64,000 bases of DNA. Source: a virus (taxonomy: Duplodnaviria > Caudoviricetes). The stretch is taken from the IMG/VR virus record IMGVR_UViG_3300014205_000206, positions 20,059 to 84,058 of that record. One strand, 5' to 3'. The notes under the pieces are model-generated. The model was not told the origin of the DNA, searched no databases, and was given only the letters and a program-made list of their open reading frames with translations. The position numbers and the translations under genes are program-made. The first letter of the stretch is position 1, and each line of letters opens with the position of its first letter. Below, in pieces: positions 29,680-37,158 of the stretch.

Positions 29680-29708
29680 TTGACATACCGGCGGCACCGT
29701 TCTAATAT
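29680..29708 (+). promoter_or_regulatory. Early sigma70 promoter P1
   Basis: TTGACA-17-TAATAT. Confidence 0.85.
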
Positions 29709-29760
29709 CTACATGTCGGACGGAACGAACCGCCCGCCATGCCGCATAGGATTCTAGACC

Positions 29761-30375
29761 ATGACCGCCACCCGCACCGCCCGCCGCACCGCCACCCCGC
29801 CCGCCGCCGATATCACCGTTCCGCCCGCCGCCGATATCACCGTTCCGCCCGCCGTTCCGCCCGTGTGCGACGTGTGCGCGCGGTACGCTAGCATTGCGGG
29901 AAACGTCACCCGCGACGGACACGTCTACGTCAACCGCGCGACCGTTCCGGAATGCAACGCCGACGTCGCGCGCGATCGCATCGCGAACGATACCGCGCGC
30001 GCCGCGCGTAACGTCGCGACGTCGGACCACGATCGCGCGGCCGCGAACGTCGCCGTGAAACGGACCGGTGACCGCGTATGGCGCACGCGCAACCCGCACG
30101 GTTTGGGCGGCACGGTCACCGCGACCCGCGCGACCCGGACCGCGCCCACCGTCACCGCGCCACCCGCGTACTATGCCGCGTGTGTCGCGACGGCGAACCG
30201 TTTCACGGCGGCGGGAATGGCGACGACGCCGGAACACGTCGCGGCCGAAATCGCCGCACACGTTGACGCGTTCATCGCGGGAATCAACGTTGACGCGGTC
30301 TACATGGACGCGTTCAACGCGAAAATTGCCGCGACGTTGGACGCGATCGCGACGTTGACGAACGCGACCGCGTAA
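29761..30375 (+). CDS. First early gene, Ala/Thr/Arg-rich protein of unknown function
   Basis: After P1 with AGGA RBS; 204 aa; 24-bp tandem repeat at 29797-29844 (PPAADITV x2); CDVC. Confidence 0.75.
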   Translation: MTATRTARRTATPPAADITVPPAADITVPPAVPPVCDVCARYASIAGNVTRDGHVYVNRATVPECNADVARDRIANDTARAARNVATSDHDRAAANVAVKRTGDRVWRTRNPHGLGGTVTATRATRTAPTVTAPPAYYAACVATANRFTAAGMATTPEHVAAEIAAHVDAFIAGINVDAVYMDAFNAKIAATLDAIATLTNATA

Positions 30376-30383
30376 CACAATCG

Positions 30384-30412
30384 GACGCGGGCCGCGCGTT
30401 GCGGCCCGCGTC
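30384..30412. promoter_or_regulatory. Perfect 12-bp hairpin without U-tract
   Basis: GACGCGGGCCGC-GCGTT-GCGGCCCGCGTC. Confidence 0.6.
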
Positions 30413-30447
30413 TATTCCACCCCACCCCTACTAGAACGGAGAACACA

Positions 30448-30642
30448 ATGCGGCCCGACATGACGATGCAGAAAGCGGAAGCCCTAGTTGCCAAAGCGGT
30501 GAGCGAAGTAGAGGCGGATGAGGCGTTTGCCCGATACGATGGGTTCGACGTTCGCGAATGGCGTATCGCGCGGCGTGAACGCGCCCGGCATGAACGCGCC
30601 ATGATCGAAACCGCGGACGGGATCGCGTTCCGCATGTCGTGA
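30448..30642 (+). CDS. Hypothetical early protein
   Basis: 64 aa, GGAG RBS. Confidence 0.7.
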   Translation: MRPDMTMQKAEALVAKAVSEVEADEAFARYDGFDVREWRIARRERARHERAMIETADGIAFRMS

Positions 30643-30654
30643 TCGGGTAGTAGT

Positions 30655-30684
30655 GCATCCCACGATCCGGTGATCGTGGGATGC
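30655..30684. promoter_or_regulatory. Perfect 13-bp hairpin without U-tract
   Basis: GCATCCCACGATC-CGGT-GATCGTGGGATGC. Confidence 0.6.
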
Positions 30685-30734
30685 GACGTTACCCGAAGCG
30701 ATAGCAAGTAAACCGCAGAGCAAAGGAGCAGACC

Positions 30735-30974
30735 ATGAAAGCACAGGCGTACGGAGTGAAGGCGGTCACGGTGGATGGCGCAAGGCGGCAAGAGCGGCTG
30801 GCCAGCATCAAGGCTGAGATCGCGGCGAGCCACAACGAAGTCATCAAGGGGGAACAGTCCATCGCCTTCGCCAAGGCGGACCGCAGGGCGGCAGTAAAGC
30901 GCCTCGACAGGGCGCGCAAGGAACTCGGAGCGTTCGTCGAAGTGAACATGGACTGCATCGAGGTGAAGTGGTGA
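30735..30974 (+). CDS. Hypothetical coiled-coil early protein
   Basis: 79 aa, AAGGAG RBS. Confidence 0.7.
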   Translation: MKAQAYGVKAVTVDGARRQERLASIKAEIAASHNEVIKGEQSIAFAKADRRAAVKRLDRARKELGAFVEVNMDCIEVKW

Positions 30975-31141
30975 CCGCCCAAGTCCAGCAGATGCTCGCG
31001 GAACACTTCTTCGGCGGCGCAGCGCTCGGATTCCTGCTCGGCGTCACGCTCGTGCTGGTCTGCGTGTTCAAGTACCGCGAGTGGGACGAGAAGCGATTCG
31101 AACAGAAGTGGCACGTTCGGCGGTACGGACGGCGAATCTAG
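30971..31141 (+). CDS. Small single-TM protein (56 aa; not in ORF track)
   Basis: GTGA overlap; FFGGAALGFLLGVTLVLVCVF followed by basic tail. Confidence 0.65.
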   Translation: MTAQVQQMLAEHFFGGAALGFLLGVTLVLVCVFKYREWDEKRFEQKWHVRRYGRRI

Positions 31142-31385
31142 GCGCGACGCGATCCGCACGATGGCCCAGGTCGAAGTTGACCTGGGCCTTTACTTTTGTG
31201 TCTCCTCGCTTTACTTACTTAACTCTCTTTTCCTATCTAACTTAGGCGTCTCCCGGCTTTACTTGGCTTGACTTGAAAGCGGCGAAGTGGCACACAAGTT
31301 GAATAGAGGCAATGCGGCAAGTAAAGCGGGGCGAGCGGTTGTGTGCAAAGTAAAGCGGGCGGCGGCAATCAAGCTAAAATAAGTG

Positions 31386-31414
31386 TTGACAAAGCGGATG
31401 GACGTTGCTATTCT
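31386..31414 (+). promoter_or_regulatory. Early sigma70 promoter P2
   Basis: TTGACA-17-TATTCT, upstream AAAATAAGT. Confidence 0.85.
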
Positions 31415-31493
31415 ACCTATGGTTCATTGAGAGTTGGCTTGGGGCGGTCGGTTGGCAATCACGCCATCGACCGGAAGTAAAGGAGTAACGAAC

Positions 31494-31925
31494 ATGAAGG
31501 CTTCTGGTTTCGACTACGCAAACGCGCAATCCGACGACTTGGTGGTCCACATGATGTCTCACTTCGTTGAACACGAAGACTTCGACCGGATCACCGATGC
31601 GGCGCACGAAGTCATCCTCAACTTGATCGTGTCCCTCACTTGCGCCGTGGACAATTCGGAACGCGGCTGGAAGCCTGTCACCGACAACTTCGCGGTCCCG
31701 GTCGCCGTTCCGGAAGCCGTTCCCGAAACCGCAAACCCCTTCCACGCCTTCTGCCGCAACCGATACGAAAAGCTCAAGTCCGACCTGAACTGGGCGAACG
31801 ACCAAGTGCGCTCGGCGGACTTGGCCGGGAACAAGGCTCGGCGGTTCCGCACCACCGCCAAGCGTCAACTGGCCAAGTTCTTCGTCGAGAACGTCGGAAT
31901 GTTCGTCTACCACGGCTCGAAGTAG
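31494..31925 (+). CDS. Hypothetical early protein (monocistronic)
   Basis: ATG 31494 with AAGGAG RBS, between P2 and terminator. Confidence 0.8.
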   Translation: MKASGFDYANAQSDDLVVHMMSHFVEHEDFDRITDAAHEVILNLIVSLTCAVDNSERGWKPVTDNFAVPVAVPEAVPETANPFHAFCRNRYEKLKSDLNWANDQVRSADLAGNKARRFRTTAKRQLAKFFVENVGMFVYHGSK

Positions 31926-31935
31926 CCCGAAAGCC

Positions 31936-31970
31936 AAAAACGGCCCGCAGAAGCCTTGCGGGCCGTTTTT
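31936..31970 (+). terminator. Bidirectional Rho-independent terminator
   Basis: AAAAACGGCCCGCAG-AAGC-CTTGCGGGCCGTTTTT. Confidence 0.85.
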
Positions 31971-32236
31971 GCGCGTGTGGGCCACTTTTTCGAGCCTAGA
32001 GCGAGCCCGGCGGCGAGCAAGCCGCACGGCTTGCTCGCGACTTTGCGGGCGCTCGGCTAAAAGGCGCAAAAGCGGCATAAAAGCGCACCTGGGCGTCTAG
32101 TTCGCAAAAGCAGCATTTCCCGTAACTTAGCGATTTTCGGCTTTACTTGGCTTGACTTCAAAAACGCCAAGTGGCATGGGAGCTGCATGCTAATAAGCAA
32201 AGTTAAGCGCGCAGTAAAAATAAGTTCGCTTACCTA

Positions 32237-32265
32237 TTGACACAAGCATGGTAGGTTGGTATTCT
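32237..32265 (+). promoter_or_regulatory. Early sigma70 promoter P3
   Basis: TTGACA-17-TATTCT, upstream AAAAATAAGT. Confidence 0.85.
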
Positions 32266-32358
32266 ATGCATGTGGTGATTGATAAGTTGCTTTAGTTGGT
32301 CCGGTAGTACCGGACGCGGCAATCATGCCGCTTCCGCGAAGTCCGATAGGAGTAAGTA

Positions 32359-32940
32359 ATGTCCAAGAACAACCAGCAGCCGAAGCAGACCGCCGAAGTC
32401 GCCGCCACCGAGCAGACCGCTCCCGCCACCGAGCAGACCGCTCCCGCCACCGAGCAGACCGCTCCCGCCGCTCCGCGCCAGCCCATCGTGCTCGACATGG
32501 AGGCCATCGCGGCGCAGGAAGTCATCGTCGCGGATCTCACCGCCAAGCTCGAAGCGGCCAAGGCCGGCGGAAACGACCACGCCATCGCCGAAGCGAAGAA
32601 GATCCGCAAGGGCGCCACCGACAAGTTGTGGCGCTTGCAGAACCCCGGCGGCAAGGGTGGCACGCGCTCGCCCAACTCGCCCAAGGCCGCGAGCAACCCC
32701 AACACGCTCCACATCGCGCTTCCCGAAGCGACCGTCACGGCGCTCGACGCGGCCGTCGCCAAGTTCGCCCCGGTCGGGCTCGACCGCTCCGCCGCTCTGA
32801 ACATGGTCATCGAGAGCGCCACCGAGTCGATCCTCAAGTTCGACTCCGTCGAGTCCTTCGCCACCGGGCTGAAGGCTCTGCTCGACGCCAAGATCGCGGC
32901 CATGGTCGCGCTCCAGAGCGACCTCCTCGCCTCCAAGTAG
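32359..32940 (+). CDS. Early protein with C-terminal ribbon-helix-helix-like domain
   Basis: TLHIALP-EATVTALDAAVAKF-DRSAALNMVIESA; monocistronic between P3 and terminator. Confidence 0.7.
   Translation: MSKNNQQPKQTAEVAATEQTAPATEQTAPATEQTAPAAPRQPIVLDMEAIAAQEVIVADLTAKLEAAKAGGNDHAIAEAKKIRKGATDKLWRLQNPGGKGGTRSPNSPKAASNPNTLHIALPEATVTALDAAVAKFAPVGLDRSAALNMVIESATESILKFDSVESFATGLKALLDAKIAAMVALQSDLLASK
32404..32466 (+). repeat. 21-bp tandem repeat x3 (ATEQTAP)
   Basis: GCCACCGAGCAGACCGCTCCC x3. Confidence 0.95.
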
Positions 32941-32946
32941 TTCTCC

Positions 32947-32985
32947 AGCCCCGCAGCGGTCCCCAAGCCGCTGCGGGGCTTTTTT
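32947..32985 (+). terminator. Rho-independent terminator
   Basis: AGCCCCGCAGCGG-N8-CCGCTGCGGGGCT followed by TTTTT. Confidence 0.9.
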
Positions 32986-33226
32986 GTGCCCGCCGCCTAC
33001 TTCGCTTCGCCCAGGTCCGTCCGCAGCCTCGGTTTCTTAGCTTTTGTGGTTTTCCGCTTTACTTGGCTTAACTTCAAAGGCGGGAAAAGCGGCAAAAGCG
33101 GCTAAGCAAGGCGTCCAAGGCGAATTCTAGTAAAACGGCGCCGCTTTACTTCAGAGCGCCATGCTGGGCGCGGCTTTGCTCGTAAAGCGTCGAGCCAACA
33201 AAAGCTAAAATAAGTGACCTTACCTA

Positions 33227-33255
33227 TTGACTCAAGTGCGCTTAGATGGTATTAT
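33227..33255 (+). promoter_or_regulatory. Early sigma70 promoter P4
   Basis: TTGACT-17-TATTAT, upstream AAAATAAGT and CTTACCTA shared with P3. Confidence 0.85.
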
Positions 33256-33261
33256 AGGCAT

Positions 33262-33722
33262 GTAATAAGGAATATGTACTTGGTTGGCTGCTGGCGGCGG
33301 GTGGGCGGATCGAGCAACTTGGAGTGCCGATCAAGCCCGATATGGTGGCCGAAAGTCACCCCCGTTTGTAGGGCGAGGTAAAAGCTAGGCGCGGCACCGG
33401 AGCCCGGTGAGCCAAGCGAAACGCCTCGGGGTCCTTGACAGGTTTGTGTAGAGCACTTCAAGCCGTCCACACCAATGGATCGCTCTGGGAGTATCTTGGC
33501 CAGCGGAGCGTGAAGTTTATCAATGTGTGGCTCGTGTGCTTGCAAGATCACGGCTCGTAAATCACGATAGAAGGCCGCAAGCGCTTGGTTGCGACTTGCG
33601 GGGGACCGCATTACTCAGAAATCAAAACATTTAGCTTAAAGTGGGCCTTCCGGCCCATGACGAGCGCTCCGAAAGCGTTGCTGGACGAGCGTTCATCAAG
33701 TGCCGGAATTCACCGAGCGCTT
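33262..33722 (+). ncRNA. Candidate large structured ncRNA or very long structured leader
   Basis: About 460 nt with no RBS-supported ORF after P4; about nine consecutive hairpins (see findings). Confidence 0.5.
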
Positions 33723-33742
33723 ACAGTAAAAAAGGAGTATGT

Positions 33743-33898
33743 ATGACACTTTTCGACTTGCTGATGGCGATTGGCTTGATGCTCGCTTCGGGAGCCGTCA
33801 TGGTCCGGCTCGACAAAGGCATGAGCGAGCGCGAGTTGCTCGCCTACCACCTCAAGCAGAACCGCAAGCGTCGGGCGCTGCGGGCGGTGGCCAAGTGA
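33743..33898 (+). CDS. Small membrane protein
   Basis: AAGGAG RBS; LFDLLMAIGLMLASGAVMV. Confidence 0.65.
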   Translation: MTLFDLLMAIGLMLASGAVMVRLDKGMSERELLAYHLKQNRKRRALRAVAK

Positions 33899-34116
33899 GC
33901 GATCTCAAGGCGGCAGAGTGGACTTCGCTGAGCGTGGACGAGGCGTTCAAGCGCCGGGACGAGGCAAAGGAGGCGCTTGAAGCCAACGACGCCAAACTTG
34001 CAGAACTCACGACCCAGATTTCGGCGCTGTACGACTCGCGAAGCTACCTCCACGCTAACTACGACTTCGCTGACAAGATGCTCGGACTCGCGATCCAAGC
34101 GGAGGAGGCCAAGTGA
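33895..34116 (+). CDS. Hypothetical coiled-coil protein
   Basis: GTGA overlap. Confidence 0.65.
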   Translation: MSDLKAAEWTSLSVDEAFKRRDEAKEALEANDAKLAELTTQISALYDSRSYLHANYDFADKMLGLAIQAEEAK

Positions 34117-34259
34117 GTAAGGAAGCGCTCCAGTTCATCTACGACGCGCTTATCGTCGGCGCTGTTGGCGAGCAGAGCGACGGACTTCCTTGGGGAGTCC
34201 AGATCGAAGTGTGGAAGTTCATCGAGGAACTCGAAGCCAAGATCAAGGAGGCAAAGTGA
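34113..34259 (+). CDS. Hypothetical 48-aa protein (not in ORF track)
   Basis: GTGA overlaps at both ends, GGAGG RBS. Confidence 0.6.
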   Translation: MSKEALQFIYDALIVGAVGEQSDGLPWGVQIEVWKFIEELEAKIKEAK

Positions 34260-34621
34260 CCAGCACCGACTACCGAGCGAAGTACAAGGAGTGGGACGAG
34301 CATGTGAAGGCGGCTGAGCAACTTTTGGCGGAGGCGAAAGCAAGCGTCGAGCGCTCCAAGCGTGTGCTTTTGGACGCCGAAGGGCTGCTCTGGAAAGCCA
34401 AGTTCGAGCGCCGGGAGTGCGAGGACATGTTCTTTCTTCAGGTCCAGTACGAAGAGGCGCTCGAATCGGCTGGCAACACGGCAAGCCCAAATTCGGGCGA
34501 AAGGGGCTTCGAACCTGGCTGCGGTTGCTGTTCGGGTCCGGAAGCGGATCGTTGCTGCTGCTCCATACACCAAGACGTGTCGCGAGGACTTCTCCCGCAC
34601 AAGTGTTCGCTCCACATGTAG
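34256..34621 (+). CDS. Coiled-coil protein with Cys-rich C-terminus
   Basis: GCGCCSGPEADRCCCSIH...HKCSLH. Confidence 0.6.
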   Translation: MTSTDYRAKYKEWDEHVKAAEQLLAEAKASVERSKRVLLDAEGLLWKAKFERRECEDMFFLQVQYEEALESAGNTASPNSGERGFEPGCGCCSGPEADRCCCSIHQDVSRGLLPHKCSLHM

Positions 34622-34718
34622 GTCGGCTACTAAGTAGAGCCTGAAGCCTATGCCGGGAGCCTAAATACTCCCCGGCATTGCTTGAGGCCCGGACTTACCC
34701 GAGCCCAAAGGAGGAAGT

Positions 34719-34961
34719 ATGGCCCGTCAAGACATGACGCAGCAGGAAGCCGAACGCTTGGTTCACCAGCAGTACGGCCAGCTTCAAACCGCCACTCTCA
34801 CGCTGGTCGAGCTGTACGAAGCTCGCATGATCTCCAAGCAAGCTCGCGAGATGCGTCGAGAGCAGCGGCAGCTCCACAGCTCGGGTCTGGAGTACATCGG
34901 GAACTATGACGAAGTGGACGAAGGCGGCTTGCTGTGGGACGGCGGGATCGCGGAGGGCTGA
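34719..34961 (+). CDS. Hypothetical protein
   Basis: AAGGAGG RBS. Confidence 0.7.
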   Translation: MARQDMTQQEAERLVHQQYGQLQTATLTLVELYEARMISKQAREMRREQRQLHSSGLEYIGNYDEVDEGGLLWDGGIAEG

Positions 34962-34964
34962 GTC

Positions 34965-35228
34965 ATGTGGATGCCAGTAGAAGCGCCTGATGGGTACGTC
35001 GCTGAACTTGTTCAGTGTGAATCCAAGTGGTTGTGGATGCTTTGGACCAAGCGCGAGGCCGATGAGTTTTGGGTCTACTGCGATGAGTTCAAGTCCACGC
35101 ATGTAGGGCTCGAAGCTATGGTTGAACTTGCAGAATGCACCTTGCTTGATCCTATTTACGGCGCTGTTTCACTCTGCAACCGGGTGTCCGGCTGGAAAGA
35201 ACGCGACTGGGAATTCGAGAAACCTTGA
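34965..35228 (+). CDS. Hypothetical protein
   Basis: 87 aa, GGAGG upstream. Confidence 0.6.
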   Translation: MWMPVEAPDGYVAELVQCESKWLWMLWTKREADEFWVYCDEFKSTHVGLEAMVELAECTLLDPIYGAVSLCNRVSGWKERDWEFEKP

Positions 35229-35310
35229 AGATTGAAAGGTTGGGGTGCTCCACAGGCGGGGCGCCTCCCTTTGAGCCTTCAACGCCCGTTTAGTATATGT
35301 CCACTTTTTT

Positions 35311-35448
35311 TTGTTCACACAAAACCAAACCAAAGTGGTCTACGCGCTGCAGAAGATGGTCCGGAGGAGTGCACAGAGAAACTGTGAACTACTTCACTGA
35401 GTCTTTGTGAACATGGTATTCAAGAGCTTGTGGAAAAGCTGTGGAAAA
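35311..35448. other. Cluster of DnaA-box-like 9-mers next to AT-rich tract (oriC-like)
   Basis: TTTTCCACA (minus) at 35429 and 35440; near matches at 35311, 35383, 35406. Confidence 0.55.
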
Positions 35449-35700
35449 AAAGACGTTTTATTTAGGAAGTCGTTTTTATTTACTCTAAATTAGCAATCCT
35501 AAGCCATGTAACATGAGAAAACAAAGGACTTAGGTAGTGAATTTAGGGATTTAAGACTGGGAAATGCCTTTCATGTTTGTAGGTTTTGATTTTTTTCTCC
35601 TATATACAGGATGGCCTTTTTCGTTTTGCTGCCATTTTGGCACCCCCACCTTGCTTTCCAATCTAACAGCCTTTTGACCACGAAACGGAGGGTAAAGCTA

Positions 35701-35874
35701 ATGTGCCTTTGTTCGATTGGCTACGTTTGCTCTTCGTGCGCCGAGCGAGACCATCTGCTCCGCCAGCACGAAGCCAACCAGGTCGCCCGAGACTTCGCAC
35801 TGGAGTACGTCGGCTGGTACAGCCCTGAGCCCAATGTGGACGCGGCTTCCGAGGAGATCAAGAGCTATGAATGA
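35701..35874 (+). CDS. Small Cys-rich protein
   Basis: MCLCSIGYVCSSC; GGAGGG RBS. Confidence 0.6.
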   Translation: MCLCSIGYVCSSCAERDHLLRQHEANQVARDFALEYVGWYSPEPNVDAASEEIKSYE

Positions 35875-35953
35875 CATCCTTGTGTGGGCGTTCTTTTCCG
35901 CGCTGGTCGTTGGCATCCTGCTCTTCGCGGGATGGCTGGAACGCAACTCTTGA
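35867..35953 (+). CDS. 28-aa membrane peptide
   Basis: GAGGAG RBS; ILVWAFFSALVVGILLFAGWL. Confidence 0.55.
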   Translation: MNDILVWAFFSALVVGILLFAGWLERNS

Positions 35954-36156
35954 CCCCGCCCAAGGGCATCACCTCCTACCTCCAACGCCACAAGTTGAAC
36001 CCTGGTGACCTTCGTATCGAAGTCCACCACCGTGGTCGAGGCAAGAAAATCGTATTTAAGATCTTCCACAGAGACGTATTCGTGAAGCAGTGCGCTGACC
36101 GCACCGAGACTTTACAATGGATGCGAGGCGACGAGCCTCAATCCTCCCTCTTCTAG
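35950..36156 (+). CDS. Hypothetical protein
   Basis: TTGA overlap. Confidence 0.55.
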   Translation: MTPPKGITSYLQRHKLNPGDLRIEVHHRGRGKKIVFKIFHRDVFVKQCADRTETLQWMRGDEPQSSLF

Positions 36157-36218
36157 AAAGGAGCTTCCATGATGAGCTACGAGCAGTACATGCGTTGGCT
36201 GCGGCTGAGCGGGCGAGT

Positions 36219-36476
36219 ATGAGCGACACCAAACTCGTCCAGATCGACACCGAGACGCTCGAAACGCTGAAGAGCGCAGCATGGCTGTGGAAGTGCGAAG
36301 GCCATGGGTATGACGAAGACAACACGCGCATCGGGGTGGCTTGCTACGAGGCCCAAAGGATCCTTGTGGAAGCATCCATCAACTCTGATTCGAACATCAA
36401 GCCGATCTTGGGCTGCCCGTGCGTCTTCTGCCGGAAAGCCCGCGAGATCGCTGAGCGGGCCGAGCAGGTAGGTTGA
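36219..36476 (+). CDS. Hypothetical protein (CPCVFC)
   Basis: ATGA overlap. Confidence 0.6.
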   Translation: MSDTKLVQIDTETLETLKSAAWLWKCEGHGYDEDNTRIGVACYEAQRILVEASINSDSNIKPILGCPCVFCRKAREIAERAEQVG

Positions 36477-36477
36477 C

Positions 36478-36900
36478 ATGCTCAAGTTCAGCCCTTCGAA
36501 TCATCGCAGTGTTGGCCGAGCAGTCCACAGCCTTGAAATCCACGAGCCAGTCACCTTGGCCTGCGCCGAGTGTGGCAACGACTTCACACAGTTCCGCAAG
36601 CGTCCGCTTCCGTGCTGTCCGCACTGTGAAGCGACGGTTCTGTCCGCGTGGGAGCGCAACTACGTTGCTCCTGCTCCGAAGAAAGCCTACGGAGCGCCGT
36701 CACCTCGAACGAAGTCGCCTTACGCGAGGATGATCCCCAAGAAGCCGTCGCTCGCCACGGCCACCTCGGCCAAGGGCGTTTCGGCCCCGAAAGCGCCCGT
36801 TGCCGACCCGGCAACTCAACTCCGGGATCTACTGGCAGCCCAGAAGGCGCTGGAAACCATGCTGGCAGCCTCCAGGACCGACGAACGAGCCGGAGCCTGA
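36478..36900 (+). CDS. Zinc-ribbon protein
   Basis: CAECG...CCPHCE. Confidence 0.65.
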   Translation: MLKFSPSNHRSVGRAVHSLEIHEPVTLACAECGNDFTQFRKRPLPCCPHCEATVLSAWERNYVAPAPKKAYGAPSPRTKSPYARMIPKKPSLATATSAKGVSAPKAPVADPATQLRDLLAAQKALETMLAASRTDERAGA

Positions 36901-36903
36901 CCC

Positions 36904-37122
36904 ATGACCCTCGCGCAGTGGAAAAACGCCTACAAGACCCCTTGTAGCGCGGATGGCTTGTCCATCCACAGTGCTGACGTTTCCAAAGAAGCTTTGCGGA
37001 ACCTTTTCCACCTCGAAGACTACTATGTATCCACGGCTTTGAGCGGGCCGTCTTACCGCCTTTGCTTGCGGGTTGGCCCACCGCTTGTGGATCTCGCCTA
37101 CTACCCGGAAGACTGGCAGTAA
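36904..37122 (+). CDS. Hypothetical protein
   Basis: 72 aa, GGAG RBS. Confidence 0.6.
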   Translation: MTLAQWKNAYKTPCSADGLSIHSADVSKEALRNLFHLEDYYVSTALSGPSYRLCLRVGPPLVDLAYYPEDWQ

Positions 37123-37158
37123 GCAATTAACCAAGCACGCAACATAAAGGAGCGCAGT

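Larger units (their letters stand above)
31207..33151. repeat. Dispersed SGCTTTACTT motif upstream of early promoters
   Basis: Copies at 31207, 31255, 32139, 33055, 33142 (+) and 31319, 31348 (-); three extend to GCTTTACTTGGCTTRACTT. Confidence 0.8.

Noticed and set aside
29629-30378. 249-aa minus-strand ORF and other overlapping ORFs (30068, 30078, 29925)
   Set aside because: Shadow frames of a GC-rich gene; the promoter, RBS and codon pattern support only the + strand 29761..30375.
32292-33071. Long alternative ORFs 32292..32966 (-), 32323..32712 (-), 32325..33071 (+)
   Set aside because: They run across the terminator or antisense to a gene with a clear promoter, RBS and terminator; GC3 shadows.
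33655-33695. ATGACGAG...CGAAAG as a hammerhead ribozyme core
   Set aside because: Lacks CUGANGA and GAAAC, and stem II is not viable.
35500-35535. TAAG...AACAAAGGACTTA as an IHF site
   Set aside because: Two mismatches to WATCAANNNNTTR; too weak to call.
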